From assembly GCA_028023455.1 (NCBI GenBank), contig JAQFVV010000004.1:18166001-18230000 (forward strand): DNA of 64,000 nucleotides, written 5' to 3'. Positions 62,801-64,000 of the stretch are shown one piece after another (within the stretch, counting starts at the first letter, position 1; the number at the start of each line of letters is the position of its first letter). Origin of the DNA: Epiperipatus broadwayi (lineage: Eukaryota > Animalia > Onychophora). The notes beneath the pieces are model-generated. The model had not been told where the DNA came from. It did not search any database and worked only from the letters and a program-made list of their open reading frames with translations. A program made the translations under genes and the position numbers.

Positions 62801-63191
62801 TATCTTTTAATCCAAAATGACTCATTCATAAAATGTCATCTATACATTTATATTGGTTATGAATATATCTATGAATGAAGATCACATTCTGATTAGTTTA
62901 TGGATAGCATCCAGTATTAGTTTTATCCTAATCAAGGCTATTAAACAATTTATATATAAACAAAACTCTCTAGATTAAACTTTACCATATACAAAATACC
63001 ATTATATAAAAGTAAAAATAGCTATAACCAGCTTATGGCATGATGGCAATCTTGAACGTCATTTTGCAATTAATTTTTTTTTTTTATAAAAAAAAAAAAA
63101 TCTCTTTAAAGTCACACTTAAATGAGATTTTGTTTTAAAAAAATTAATTGCAAAATGCTGCTAAGGATGGTAGTCATGCTGTAAGCTAGCT

Positions 63192-63588
63192 CAGAGGTCC
63201 CCAACCTTTTTGCACTTAAGAGCACATTCTATAATACCAGCTAAGTAGCGGGCACCATTTATTTTTTTCAACCAAGTGATGGGCACTATTTATTTTTTCA
63301 ATGTGAATTTATAGATGGATATTGTTAATAATATACATAATGTACAAAAAAATATTTATTTCAAAAATAAAATTTTAACATAATTAACGTTTATATTTTT
63401 ACGCAGTAAAAGTATAGTATGCCCTACAATTTGATTACAGCATAATATAATAATTTATAAGAAATTTTAAAAATTAAATTTATTTGTATCAGATAAATAA
63501 TTTTTTAGCGTGTTCGGTTAGTGGCGGGCACACGTAAAATGGTCTGCGGGCACCGTGGTGCCCGCGGGCATAGGGTTGGGGACCCCTG
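63192..63588. mobile_element. hAT/Charlie-type non-autonomous DNA transposon (MITE)
   Basis: TIRs CAGAGGTCCCCAACC and GGTTGGGGACCCCTG, an 8-bp TSD AGCTAGCT (63184-63191 and 63589-63596), and repeated GCGGGCAC subterminal motifs. Confidence 0.92.
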
Positions 63589-64000
63589 AGCTAGCTGATG
63601 ACATTTATTTTTATATAATGGTATTTTGTATTATAACAGGCTAGGGTGAACCTGGGGTGATGTGAAATCATCATCAACCCCAGATAAACAATAAATATTC
63701 AAATAATGATTTAATATAAATTTTAAATGCTTATATATATATATATGTCATATTATTATTACTATTTTCAGGATATTTAAGAAAGAGAATGCTCTGAGGA
63801 AGGTACTTGATATTGTACTGAAACGTCAGCATTTAGCTTTTTTTTTTTTAACTACACGGAATATCCCGAAAATAGTAATAATAATATGACATCTTTTATC
63901 CGTGAAAATATTAGAATTAATATATATATATATATAATGTTGTATATTATAAGAGCATGAGAGATCACATTGAGAAAAAGATCACTCTGGAAGATCAGCC

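Noticed and set aside
63772-63802. 31-nt micro-exon (ttttcag...AAG/GTACTT)
   Set aside because: Open only in phase 2, too short to assess, and no compatible upstream exon was identified.
1-64000. Most 60-100 aa ORFs in the track as protein genes
   Set aside because: Low-complexity F/I/Y/L/K-rich translations typical of AT-rich non-coding DNA, or antisense shadows of TE ORFs.

Overview
Very AT-rich eukaryotic DNA, most consistent with an invertebrate animal; the species cannot be determined from this window. One host gene is supported: an interferon regulatory factor (IRF)-family transcription factor on the + strand. Its DNA-binding domain is split between exons 12563-12730 and 35941-36118 by a 23.2-kb phase-0 intron. 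One weak candidate third exon lies at 38731-38810, and no C-terminal IAD exon was recognised. The rest is intron or intergenic DNA full of mobile elements: a nearly full-length RTE LINE (21050-23990, -), older RTE fragments, a decayed LINE with a CCHC finger, Penelope-like RT and GIY-YIG relics, a young ~100-nt tRNA-only SINE (5 copies, all with TSDs) and a hAT/Charlie MITE. The ORF track does not show the most striking signal: at least two, probably three, families of short non-coding retroelements carrying type I hammerhead ribozyme motifs. These have the CUGANGA and GAAA cores, a palindromic minimal stem III and an extended stem I. They often insert as head-to-head palindromes or partial tandems, several flanked by 10-15 bp TSDs, which is the pattern of Penelope-dependent or retrozyme-like elements. 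One copy with an intact core lies in sense orientation inside the IRF intron. All alignments, folds and translations were done by eye; no database search was run.
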